Shown here one piece after another: positions 38,040-50,400 of a DNA stretch of 64,000 nt. The first letter of the stretch is position 1; each line of letters starts with the position of its first letter. A program made the position numbers and the translations under genes. The notes under the pieces were generated by a model that saw only the letters and a list, made by a program, of their open reading frames with translations, did no database searches and was not told the DNA's origin. Origin of the DNA: Squalus acanthias (taxonomy: Eukaryota); assembly GCA_030390025.1 (NCBI GenBank), contig CM059431.1, forward strand, positions 156,428,001 to 156,492,000, in the 5' to 3' direction.

Positions 38040-38415
38040 GGGGTTTCAGATAGTAACAGGATTCTGAGAAATATACCTGGGGTTTTAAATTATATCATGA
38101 TCCTGCCATATGTTTAAGGGTTTTGTAGTATATCGGGAATCCTGGCAGGTGAGCATTTGGTTCCACAGTATATAGGGATCGTCTCATGTGCGTCTGTGGT
38201 TTCTAAGTGTATCTGGATCCTACCAGGTGTCTATGCGGTTTCACGGTCTTTTGGGTTCCTGCCAGGTGTATATGGGTGCTCAAAGTGCATCAGTATTCTG
38301 CGGGGTGTGTATGGCCTTCCACAGTGTATCACGATCCTGCTCGGTGTGTATGGGGTTTCATGGTGTATCAGGATACTGACAATTGTCTATGCGGTTTCAA
38401 AGTTCATCAAATCAG
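38040..38415. repeat. Degenerate ~38-bp tandem repeat (GTGTATCAGGATCCTGCCAGGTGTGTATGGGGTTTCAC-like); its other half lies at ~33560-33770
   Basis: Same units flank the CR1 at 33771-38038 on both sides. Confidence 0.7.
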
Positions 38416-40236
38416 GGGGAGTGCGTGACGGGCGCGTGTGTCAGGGTGAGTGCAGAACGTGTTGGTTGGTCAGTTTGAGTTCGCGATGTGCGCGAGGTTC
38501 AGGGGCTGAGTGCGTGACGTGCGGGTGGATCAGGGATGAGTGCGGGACGGGCGGGTGGGTCAGTAGGTGAGTACAGGACGTGTGGCTGGGTCAGGGGTTG
38601 AGAGCGGGACGTGTGGGTGGGTCAGGGGGTGAGTAAAGGGTGTGTGGGTTGATCAGGGTTAGTACAGGAGGTGTGGGTGGGTCAAGGTGAGTACAGCGGG
38701 TGTGGGTGGATCAGGGTGAGTACAAGTGTGTGGGTTGACGAGGGTAACTGCAGAAGGTGTGGGTGGGTCAGGGTGAGTAGAGAGGGTGAGGGTGGATCAA
38801 GGTGAGTACAGGAGGTGTGGGTGGATCAGGGTAACTGCAGAAGGTGCGGGTGGGTCTGGGTGAGTACAGGTGATGTGGGTGGGTCAGGGTGAGTACAGGA
38901 GGTGTGGATGGATCAGGGTGAATACAGGAGGTGTGGGTGGGTAATGGTGTGCGTACAGGGGTGTGGGTGGGTCAGGGTGAGTACAAGAGGTGTGGGTGGG
39001 TCAGGGTGAATGCAGGAGGTGCGGGTGTGTCAGGGGTGCGTACAGGGCGTGTGGGTGCGCAGGTTGTGAGTACACGGGATATGGGTGTGTCAAGAGGTGA
39101 GAACAGGGGGCGTGGGTCGGACAGGGTGAGTACAGGATGTGTAGGTGTGTCAGGGTGAGTACAGGAGGTGCGGGTGGATCAGTTTGAGTACAGGATGTGT
39201 GCGTGGGTCAGGATGAGTGGAGGAGGTGTGGGTGGGTCAGGGTGAGTACAGGTCGTGCGGATGGGTGAGGGTGAATACAGGAGGTGTGGTTGGATCAGGT
39301 TGATAACAGGGGGTATGGGTGGGTTAGCGTGAGTACAGGAGGTGTGGGTGGGTCAGGGTGTGTACCGGAGATGTGGGTGGGTCAGTGTGATTACAGGAGT
39401 TGTGGGTGGGTCAGGGTTAGTACATTGTGTGTGATTGAGTCAGGGTGAGTACAGGGAGTGTGGGTGGGTCAGTGGGTGAATACAGGGGATGTGGGTAGCT
39501 CCGGGGGTGAGTACAGGGGTTGTTGATGGGTCAGGGTGAGTACAGGGGTTGTGGGTAATTCAGGGTGAGTACAGGACGTGTGGGTGGGTCAGGGGGTGAG
39601 TACAGGGTGTTTGGGTGGGTCAGGATGAGTACAGGAGGTGCGGGTGGGTCAGGGGACGAATACAGGAGGTGTGGGTTTGTCAGGGTTAGTCCAGTGGGTG
39701 TGGGTGGGTCAGGGTGAGTACAGGGGATGCGGGAAAGTCAGGGGGTGAGCACAGGGTGTGTGGGTGGGTCATGGTGAGTACAGGAGTTGTGCGTGGGTCA
39801 GGATGAGTACAGCAGCTGTGGGTGAGTCAGGGTGATTACAGGAGGTGTGGGTGTGTCATGGTGAGTTAAGGAGGTGTGGGTGGATCAGGGTGAGTCCAGG
39901 AGTTGTGGGTGGGTCATGGTGAGTACAGGAGTTGTGGGAGTGTCATGGTGAGTTTAGGAGGTGTGGGTGGATCAGGGTGAGTACAAGAGTTGTGGGTGGG
40001 TCAGGGTGAATACAGCAGCTGTGGGTGGGTCAGGGTGAGTACAGGAGTTATGGGTGGGTCACTGTGAGTACAGGAGGTGTGGGTGAGTCAGGGTGAGTAC
40101 AGGGGTGTGGGTGGGTCAGGGTGAGTACAGGGGGTGTGGGTGGATCAGGGTGATTACAGGGGGTGTGGGTGGGTCAGAGTGAGTACAGGAGGTGTGGGTA
40201 GGTCAGCGTTTAGTACAGGAGCTACCGGTGTGTCAA
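38416..40236. repeat. G-rich ~29-bp minisatellite (GGGTGGGTCAGGGTGAGTACAGGAGGTGT)n
   Basis: About 60 consecutive units with strong G/C strand skew. Confidence 0.93.
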
Positions 40237-40689
40237 GTTCATTTACCCAATGTTACACTAGCTCCCATATTTAAAATACCTCACAATGAAATTCAATCTT
40301 CAGCTTTCAAATCTTGGTAAGTCAGTCAATGTCGAGGAGCATCTATTTGTTTTGGAGGTTCTCGCGTGAAACAGTTTCAGTGCAATTCAATAGGATGTGA
40401 CTGTACAGCAGGATTCACATTGAACAGGAAAGCTCAGAAAACCACTATAATGGTTGAAGGTGCAACCTTAATGAAGACTTTCAAGCGCAACAGGGAAACA
40501 TTATGACAATGTTGAAGACTGTACATGTGACTCCTGGTGTGTGGGTGAGATGTTACTGTCTGCACTGTTCACGACTGGAGAGCAGATCAGCGCCGCAGCC
40601 AATACCGGCTCTTCTCCGAGTATAGCTGATGGCGATACACAGCACCGCACCAGAGATTAGCAACACAATTGAATGCTCACATAACTGGA

Positions 40690-41260
40690 AGTAACCGCTT
40701 GACATTGATTGGTGATTGGCTGGGAGATAGGGGACAGAGTACGGGTATAAAGAACCTTCTCCGATTGGAGGGATGCGACTAGTGATGTTCCCCAGGGAAC
40801 TGTACTGGGGCTGCACTTTTTGTATCAATGATTTGGATGAAGGTAGCGAAGAGTTGTATATCTACCTTTGCAGAGTGCCGGAGGTTATGGTGCTCAGTGG
40901 GTTATGTAGAACGGAAGAGGAAGGTACAACGGGAAATAGACAAAATAAGTGAGAGCCAAAAGTAAGGAAGGCGGAATACAATGAGGAAAGTGCGAGGTCA
41001 TCCACTTTGGAACCGTGAAAGAAAATTCCGAATATTAGCAAGAGACTAGGAGGCGTGGAGGGATTTGGGTGCCTCTGTACACAAATCACTAAAAGCTAGT
41101 GCACAGGCACAAAAATTAATCATAAATTAAGGGACTTTTGGGCGTTAACTCGAGAGTTGTTGCAATACAAAGAGGAGGACGTTAAGCTTCACGACCCCAG
41201 AGCCTCGGTCAGGTCGATCTGGAGTACTGCATTCGGGCAACAGGCTCGGGACACGATATG
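40690..41260 (+). mobile_element. Old CR1 RT fragment (paralogous copy at ~44145-44585)
   Basis: GATTGGCTGGGAGATAGGGGACAGAGTACGGG..GATGTTCCCCAGGGA..TGTACTGGG (VPQG motif) present in both copies. Confidence 0.7.
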
Positions 41261-41904
41261 GCCACCGCCCGCAACGGATCTGCCAAGATAAAGATAATTC
41301 CGGCCACTGCATTTAAATTAAAGAAATAGGAGCAAGCGAGGCCTTCTTTGCGGCCACGTGATTGGGCGCGCGTTCAAAGGCGCGGTGCCCACCTTGGGCA
41401 CTAAAAGAAATTTCTATCGTATTAGCATTTTAGTCTGAAAACCCTGAAATAATAGATTACTGGGGTAGCGAAAATAAACCAGAAAATACACTAATTATAA
41501 CCATTAACTAATGTTTCATTTTTGTAACTGTATTGCATATTCGTTTTCTTCCAGTCGGTAAGTGAATGGACAGATATATTGTAACGGTTGAAGTTTGCAG
41601 ATTTAAAACAAAATTGTAATGAGTTTCATTCTATGTTGCTTTTTTTGTCAGAGCTTGGAGTATTATCTAGTAATACATCTCGGGGAGATCGATTCGCTTC
41701 AGTTGTATTGGTTCCTGTGGCATGATCACCTTACCCAGGAGCAGGGCGTTGAATATGAATTTATTCACCTGAATCAAGTGCTTTGCTTTTAAGGCACCCC
41801 ATCTCAGTCAATTTGTTAGCTGAAAGGCAATCAATAAAATATTATTTTAGAACAGAGCAGAAACAAAATGATTCAATATAATTCCAATGCACTGCTGTTA
41901 CAAA

Positions 41905-42604
41905 CATAAGAACATAAGAAATAGGAGCAGGAGTAGGCCAATCGGCCCCTCGAGCCTGCTCCGCCATTCAATAAGATCATGGCTGATCTGATCCTAACCG
42001 CCAATCTACTATCTATCACAGAACCATCTCCTGCATCTAACACAATTGCACACACGAAATAGGAGCAGAATCAGGCTACACAGTCCCTGGGCCCGCTCCA
42101 CTACCCACAGGGCCATGACCGATCCGAACCTAGACTCATGTCCAAATTCCTGCCCGCTCCCCGTAACCCTTAATGCCCTTTACTTCTAGGAAACTGTCTA
42201 TTTCTGTTTTAAATTTAATTAATGTTGTAGCTTCTACAGCTTTTTGTGGCAGCATATTCCATGGACCTACCACCCTCTGAGTGAAGTAGTTCCTCCTCAT
42301 CTCAGTTTTGAAAGAGCAGCCCCTTATTCTAAGACTATGTCCCCTAGTTCTCGTCTCACCCGTCATCGGGAACATCCTCCCCGCATCCACCCGATCCAAC
42401 CCCTTCACAATCTTATATGTTTCAATAAGATCGCCTCTCATTCTTCTGAACTCCAATGAGTAGAGTCCCAATCTACCCAACCTCTCCTCATATGACCACC
42501 CCCTCATCCCCGGGATTAACCGAGTGAACCTTTTTTGCACTGCTTCGAGAGCAAGAATGTCTTTCCTTAAGTAAGGACACCAAAACTGTATGCAGTATTC
42601 CAGG
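41905..42604 (-). mobile_element. 5'-truncated young CR1 with double 3' tail
   Basis: ORF 42136..42615 is an intact ORF2 C-terminus; (AACATAAG) tail; candidate TSD TACAAA at 41899-41904 and 42605-42610. Confidence 0.9.
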
Positions 42605-42676
42605 TACAAAATCAAGAGCTGAGGCCCTCCACTTGTAGATTCTAGAAGCGCGAAAAATATTTCCCTCGATTGTTAA

Positions 42677-43460
42677 TCAGGGTGTGAGTGCGGGATGTTC
42701 GGATGGATAAGGGGGTGAGCTCAGGACGTGCGGGTGGGTTAGGGAATGAGTGCAGGATGTGCGGGTGTGTCAGGGTGTGAGTGCGGGACGTGCGGGTGGT
42801 TTAGTGGGTGAGTGCAGGATGTGCGGGTGGTTTAGGGGGTGAGCGGAGGAACTGCGGTTGGATCATGGTGAGGCCGTGAGATGCGGAAGGATCAGGGTGC
42901 GTGTGGGACGTGTGGGTTGGTCAGGGTGAGTGCGGGACGTGCGGGTGTATCAGGGTGATTGCGGGACGTGCGGGTGTGTCAGGGTGAGTGCGGGACGTGC
43001 GGGTGTGTCAGGGTGAGTGTGGGACGTGCAGGTGGGTCAGGGAGTGTATGCGGGACGTGGGGGTGGGTCATGGTGAGTTCGGGACGTGCAGGTGGGTCAG
43101 GGAGTGTATGCGGGACGTGGGGGTGGGTCATGGTGAGTGCGGGACGTGCTGGTGGGTCAGGGTGAGTGCGGGACGTGCAGGTGGGTCAGGGAGTGAGTGC
43201 GGTACGTGCGGGTGTGTCAAGGTGAGTGTGGGACGTGCGGAAGGGTCAGGGGGTGAGTGCGGGCGTGCGGGTGGGTCAGTGGGTGAGTGCGGGCTGGGCG
43301 GGTAAATCAGGGTGAGTACAGGACGTGTGGATGGGTCAGGGTGAGTGCGGGATGTGCAGTTGAATCAAGGTGAGTGCGGGACGTCTGGGTGGGTCAGGGG
43401 TTGAGTGCGGGACGTCCGGGTAGTTCAGGGGGTGAGTGCAAGACGTGTGGTTGGTTCAGT
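42677..43460. repeat. CpG-rich variant of the 29-bp G-rich minisatellite (GGGTGAGTGCGGGACGTGCGGGTGGGTCA)n
   Basis: About 26 consecutive units. Confidence 0.92.
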
Positions 43461-45589
43461 TTCGACTTATTATTCACTTCAACAGTTTGTTTATTCTGTT
43501 AATTATTTAGCAGCACATGGTTAGTACTGCGGTAAATCTTTTGAAATTAAATACATAGAGCCTTGCGCCAAATGGCTGCAATATCTAGTGATATCGAATT
43601 ATGGCCTATTTTACACACGTCTGATTTTCCATTCCATTGACCAAACGGAAAGCATAGTTTATATTGGGCGACAATTCGATAGCGGCCATGTTACACTATC
43701 GCCCAAAATTAAAATTACTCCCAATTAAGAACACTCTGCAGCCTGTAACATTTAGGAATTTAATGTTAAGAATCGTAGAATATTTTTCTTCTATTTAGTT
43801 TTAAGGCTCTCGCGTGAAATGGTTTAGAAACATGTCGTTGCATTTCAATGGGATGTGACTGGAAAGCAGGTTTCACATTGGACAGAAAAGCTCGGAACGT
43901 CCACTATAAAGGTTGAAGGTGCAAAAACAAAAGACTCTCAATCAAAACAGAGAAACCACAGACAATGATGCAGAATATATCTGTCACTGCTTTAGTGTGG
44001 GTGAAAACTACAGTCCACACCATCCACGGCTGGAGAACAGATCAGCGCCGCAGGCTATACCCGTTCTTCTCCGAGTATAGATAACCGGGAAACACTGCAG
44101 CGCACCGGAGATTAGCAACATAATTAAAAGAACACAGAATTGGAGGTAACCTCGTGCCATAGGTTGGCGATTGGCTGGGAGATAGGGGACAGAGTACGGG
44201 GATAAAAAACCCTCTCTGATTGGCGGGATGTGACAAATGATGTTCCCCAGGGATCTGTACTGGGTCCGCAGTTTATCACCATATATATCAATGACTTGGA
44301 TGAAGGAATAGAGAGTTATTTATATACAGGTTTGCAGATTGCACGAGTTTCGGACGCTCAGTAGGTTATGTAGATTGGAGCAGGAAGTTAAAACGGGACA
44401 CAGACCGAATAACTGAGTGAGCTAAACCATGGCTGGTGAAACGTGGGAAATTGTGAGGTCGTTCACTTTGTACCAGAGAAAGAAAAACCGGAATGGCGAG
44501 AGACGAGGAACCGTGGTGGGATTTTTGTGCCCTGTACACACATCACTAATGCTAGTGCGCAGGTACAAAAATTAATCAAAAGGTTTAAATGTCGGCCGCT
44601 TGTTATACAGCCCGCCTTTATTTCCTTTCTGTTGAAATCAATGGAATGGAAATCGAGCGCTGTGTGGAGGGAGGTCGATCCGCTACCACCCGCTTTTCAC
44701 TCTTTTGAAACTAAATTTCCTGGCTTCATTTCCCGACTGTTGCAATTATGTCAGCATTCCCTCTCCAAGAAAGATTTAAAAAGTGCAAACATGCAATGAC
44801 TTAACCTTTTACTGTCGAACGATTGAAGAAAGGATGGCCTGAACAACATAGGTGTCATCATTTTAATTTTATACAGTAGTTTAAAATGCGCATTCTGGAA
44901 TTGGCGCTTATCCAATTACATCAACGTCAACGAAATTCGGGCGTGATGTTTAGCGGGCAGCCAATTCGCTCCCATACCTTTATCACCATTGTCCGAAGTT
45001 ACAATTATGCACAAGGAGTGAAATTCAAATTGAACAAGGGCACAAAACTGTTGGGAGTGAATCACTTCTCCGTTATACACTCGTCCTAATTTCCATTCTA
45101 TTGACAGGTTGGAGGGGAGTTGAAGCACCGGAATTCAATGGAAAATAAAACCAGGTGATTTGTATAACCAGTGGCCGATCTGCTATCGCCCATGTCTTTC
45201 CCCATTTCAACCCCAATGCTTTTCTCAACACAGCGCCAACCATTTTCGTGCTACCAAAAACGTGGAGAAAAGCTGATCGCAGGCACCCAATCTGATCACA
45301 ATTTACATGCAATTTTCAAACTAATGCTTGTTCAGGTCCAGCAACAACTAAATAAACGCTCAATATTAAGGTATTATCTGAAAGGCTCACTGGTGGAATG
45401 GCTGGAATGATGGGATAGATATTCTGCTATCCGGCTCGGTCTTCAGCATCATATGTGATAAGGAGGAAGGAAAATCGGAAGATTCATCACATGCCCGAAA
45501 CAAAACTCGCCTTTTTTTGCTTCTAATTAAGTTTATGATAAAAAAAAAAACCTCAGGAGGACCCTGCGATGGTGGATGATCCTTACCCG

Positions 45590-46605
45590 CAGACTCTCAG
45601 CTCTGCCGTCATCTGTATTCACTTGAAGTCATCTAAAACTCTGCTGTCCGTGTTTCAACTCGCACCAAGGCCCATTCACCCTTCACCCCTGTGCTCGCTG
45701 ACGTGCGTTGGCTCCTGGTAAAGCAACGCCTCGATTTTAAAATTCTCATCCTTGTTTTCAAGTCCTTCAACGTCCTCGCCCCTCCCTCCTCTCGAATCTC
45801 CTCCAGTCCCACAACGCCCCCCGCCCCCTGAGATATCTAATTCTGGCCTCCTGCATCCCTCTTGCGTGTCAGCAATGGTTAAGTCAGTTGCACTGTCGGC
45901 TCTCAGTCAGAAGTTTGTCGGTTCAAATCTCACTCCTGAGACTTTAAGCACAGAAATCCAGGCTGACACACCAGTGCAATGCTGAGGGAGTGCTGCAGTG
46001 TCAGAGTTGCCGTGTTTCGGATGAGACGTTAAACTGAGACCCCGTCTGCTCTCTCAGGCGGACGTAAAAGATCCTCTGACAATATTTCGAAGAAGAGCAG
46101 GGAAGTTATCCCCGGTGCCCTGGCCAATATTTATCCCTCAATCAACATCAGAAAGAAAGATTATTCGGTCACTAACTCATTGCTGTTTGTGGGAGCTTGC
46201 GGTCCGCCAATTGTCTAATACATTTCCTAAATTACAACAGCGACTATAGTCAAAAGTAAATCATTGGCTGTGAAGCGCTTTGGATCGTCCTGAGGACGTG
46301 AAAGGCACTATCTATCGGCAAGTTGTTTTTTCATTTGATCCCCGATTTTAATCGCTCCGTCATTGTTGGCCGTGCCTTCAGCTGCCAAGGCCCTAATCTC
46401 TGGAATTCCCTCGCGAAAACACTTCGACTCTCTCTGTCTCTTTTCTCCTGAAGAGTCTCCTGAATACCTATATGATTGACCAAGCAATTCGTCACCTGTC
46501 AAAACACGTGGATCGGTGTCAACTTTTGTTTTATATCGCTCCTGTGAAGCATCTTGGGATGTTACTACATTAAAGGCGCTGTATCAATACAAGCTGTTGT
46601 TGCTG
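45590..46605 (+). mobile_element. L2-type LINE 3' region interrupted by a DeuSINE
   Basis: TCACCCCTGTGCTCGCTGAC..GCAACGCCTCGATTTTAAAATTCTCATCCTTGTTTTCAA..CTCTGGAATTCCCTC..TAAAGGCGCTGTATCAATACAAGCTGTTGTTG tail. Confidence 0.7.
45866..46312 (+). mobile_element. SacSINE1-like DeuSINE (tRNA-derived head, Deu domain, L2-like tail)
   Basis: B-box-like GGTTCAAATCTCACTCC; core CGGATGAGACGTTAAAC..CATTGCTGTTTGTGGGAGCTTGC; tail GTGAAGCGCTTTGG..GTGAAAGGCACTAT. Confidence 0.75.
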
Positions 46606-46659
46606 TCATCCTCAGCGTTGCTCAGGCGGTAAAATCATGTGATAGAATGTATCCTTCTA

Positions 46660-46912
46660 TAAAGATAAATGTATGGTCACTCAGAGACTTGTCGGGATCT
46701 TGAATGCTCGAACTGAAAAGGTGGTGGAAGCTGATTCCTTCAATATTTTAAAAGGGAGTTTGACAAGTACTTGAAGATGAGGAACTTATAGGGCTACAGA
46801 GGAACAAGGGAATGTTGTGATTAGCACGACTGCTCCTTCAAAGAGCCAGCAAAGGCACGACGGACCGAATGGCCTCCCTCTGCGCTGTCCGTTTTTATGA
46901 TTTAATGATTCT
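46660..46912 (+). mobile_element. CR1 3'-end fragment
   Basis: AAAGGTGGTGGAAGCTGATTC..AAAAGGGAGTTTGACAAGTACTTGAAG..GGACCGAATGGCCTCCCTCTGCGCTGT tail. Confidence 0.7.
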
Positions 46913-47439
46913 AATTGCACGTGTTTGCAGCCTTTTGAAAAGGTTCTAAAATTGAACTGATTCTTTCGGGTGCAAGAACTCCAATAGGAAGATTTTAAAA
47001 GCTTTGAGTCTTTTTTTAATTTACGAAGAATCTGACGAGTGTATGCGAATGTAACTAGAAATGGTTCTGTACATTTTTTTGGATTCAATTCGTAATATAA
47101 AATTATATTACTCACTTGTGGTGGATTGACACTGTCATTAAAATGCTTATTATATTGTGATAATCCCGTATCAGATTACTAGTAAAAATGCTACTAGTTA
47201 CCACTCTTAAATATGTTTTTGAAAATTTTGAAGCAAAAAGTAGTTTAAAAAAAATACCTTTCATTACTGTGCCCGACTGCTTTGGTTTATTTAAGGTTTT
47301 GCGCTTGGCGATATGCAAAATGAAATTGAGTGGAACCGAAAAAACATTCTTCAGATCAAGCACAATTTTCGGCGCCATTTGCGCTCGAATCGCCGGTTGT
47401 AACGAAAGCATAAAATCTACCCAAGAATATGATTTCATT

Positions 47440-50400
47440 GAGCCGATCCTCACTGGGTTACACACTGCCTGATCTCACTGGGCCATCCTTCCCGGGTTAC
47501 AGACTGACTGATATCATTAGGCCCATCCTCCCCTGGTTACACACTGTCCGATCTCAGTGGGCCCATACTCCCTTGGTTAAACATTGTCTGATCTCACTGG
47601 GTCCATCGTCCCCGGGCTACACACTGTCTGATCTCAGTGGGCCCATCCTCCCCTGGTTACACACTGTTCGATCTCAGTGGGCCCATACTCCCCGGGTTAC
47701 ACACTGTCTGATCTCAGTGGGCCCATCCTCCCTAGGTTACACACTGCCTGATCTCACTGGGACCTTCCTCCCCGGGTTACACACTGTCTGATCTCACTGG
47801 GACCTTCCTCCCCGGGAAACACAGTCTGATCTCACTGGGACCATCATCTCCAGGTTAAAAACTGCCTGACATAACTGTGCTCATTCTCCCGGGTTACACA
47901 CTGTCTGATCTCAGTGGGACCATCCTCCCAGGGTTACACACCTTTTGATCTCACTGGGCCCATCCTCCTGGGTAACAAACGTTGTGATCTCAGTGGACCC
48001 ATCATCTCCAGGTTACACTCTGTCTGAACTAACAGGGCCCATCCATCCCGGGTTACACACTGTGAGCTCTCACTGGATCAATCCTCCCGGGAACGCACTG
48101 TCTGATCTCACTGGAGCGAACCTCCCAGGGTTACACATTGTCAGATCTCAGTGGGCCCATCCTCCAAGGGTTACACCCTGTCTGCACTCATAGGACCCAA
48201 CCTCTATGGGTTACACAATGTCTGCTCTCACTGCGCCCATCCTCCCCGGGTTACACACTGTCTCATTTCACAGGGCCCATTGTCAATTAGTTCCACATTG
48301 TCTGATCTCACTGGGCACAGCATCCATGGTTTACACGCTGTCTGATCACATTTTGCCCATCTTCCATTTGTTGCACACTGCCTGATCTCACTTAGCTCAT
48401 CCTCCCGGGTTACACACATTCTGCTCTCACTGTGCTCATCCTACCGGGTTACACCCTGGGTGATCTCACTTGGCCCATCCTTCCCGGATTACTCAGTGTC
48501 TGATCTAACTGGGCCCGTCCTCCCCGTGATACATGCAGTCAGATCTCACTAGTTCCATCCTTCCCGGGGTTACACACTGTCTGATCTCACTGAATTCATA
48601 GTCCCTTGGATACACACTAGCCAATCTCACTGAGTCCATCTTCCATAGGTTACACACGGTGTGATTCTAATGATACATCCTCCCCGGGTTACACACTGTC
48701 TGAGCACACTGGGAACATCCTCCCCGGGTTACACACTGTCTGATCACACTGGGACAAATCTCCCCGTGTTACACACTGTCTGATCTCACTGGGCCCATTC
48801 TCCTCGGGTTACACTCGATGCGATATCACTGAACAATTCTTCTCCACTTCTCCCCGTGTTACAGATTGTCTGATCTCAGTTGTCGCATCCTCCTCGGATT
48901 ACACACCGTCAGCTCTCAGTGGGCCCATCCTCCCCGGGTTATACAATGTCTGATCTCACAGTGCCCGTCGTCACCGGGTTACACACTGTGAGATTTCAAT
49001 GGGCCTCTCGTTCTTTTGTTAAACATTGTCTGATTTCACTTGGCCCACGCTCCCCGGGTTACACACTGTCTCATGTCACTGGGCCCATTGTCCGTTAGTT
49101 AGACATTGTCTGATCTCACTGTGCAGAGCATCCATGGTTTACACACTGTCTGGTCTCATTTTACTCCTCTTCCATGTGTTGCACACTGCCTGATTTCACT
49201 GGTCCCATCTGCACGGGTTACATACATTCTGATCTTAATGGACTTATGCTCCGGGTTTACAATGTCGCAGCTAACACTGTGCCCATCCTCTACGGGTAAC
49301 ACACTATCTGCTCTCACTGGACCCATCCTCCCCGGGTTATACACTGTCTGATCTCACTGGGTCCATCCTCACCGGGTTACACACTGCCTGATCTCACTGG
49401 GTCCATCCTTCCTGGGGTTGCACACTGTCTGAACTCACTGGATCCATCCTCAACGGGGTTACACACTGTCTGATCTGACTGGGTCCATCTTACCCGGGGT
49501 TACACACTGTCTGATCTCACTGGACCCATTCTCCCCAGCTTACATACTGTCCAATCTCACTAGGTCCATCCTTCCCGGGTTACACACTTTCTGATTTCAT
49601 TGTACCCATCCTCGCCGGGTGATAGTGTGTCCGATCTCACTGAGCCCATCTTCCACTTTGTTATCCATTGATTTTCCTCATTCACCCCATCCTGACCGGG
49701 TTACAGACTGTCTGATCTCACTGGGCACATTCTCCCAGGGTTAAAAACTGATTGTTCATTTTGGGCCAATCTTCCTGGGGATGCACACTGTCTGATCTTA
49801 CTGGTTCCATCCTCTCCAGGTAACATACTGTCTGATATTACTTGGCCCATCCTCCCCGGGTTATACACTGTCTGATCTCACTGGGAGCATCCTTCCGGAA
49901 TTCACACTGTATTATTCACTGGGCCCCTCCTCTCCGGTCTACACACGGTCTGCTCTCACTAGACTCATCCTCTACGTGTTACACAATGTCTTTTCTCACT
50001 GGGCCCATCCTACCCTGATTACACACTTTTTGATCTTAATGGGCCCATCCTCCCCTGGAAATACACTGTCTACTCTCACTGGGCCCATCCTCCACGGGTT
50101 ACACAATGTCTAATCTCACTAGGCCCATCGTCCCCGGGTTACACACTGTCTGATCTCACTGGGCCCATCCTCCACGGGTTACACAATGCCTAATCTCATT
50201 GGGCCCATCCTCCCCTGATTACACACTTTCTGATCTCAATGGGCCCATCCTCCCCTGGATATACACTGTCTACTCTCACTGGGCCCATCCTCCACGTGTT
50301 ACACAATGTCTAATCTCACTGGGCCCATCGTCCCCGGTTTAAACACTGTCTGATCTCACTGGCCCCACCAGCTCCGAGTTACACTCTCTCTGCTCTCACT

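Noticed and set aside
41540..41800. Splice-like signals (TTCCAG|TCG|GTAAGT, TTTGTCAG, minus-strand GG|GTAAGG)
   Set aside because: Conflicting strands and short frames; unsupported without transcript data
46786..47472. AT-rich ORFs and a minus-strand GTGAGT donor at ~47115 as possible first NLR exons
   Set aside because: No recognisable protein similarity and no phase-consistent chain to the exon at 32503 could be built
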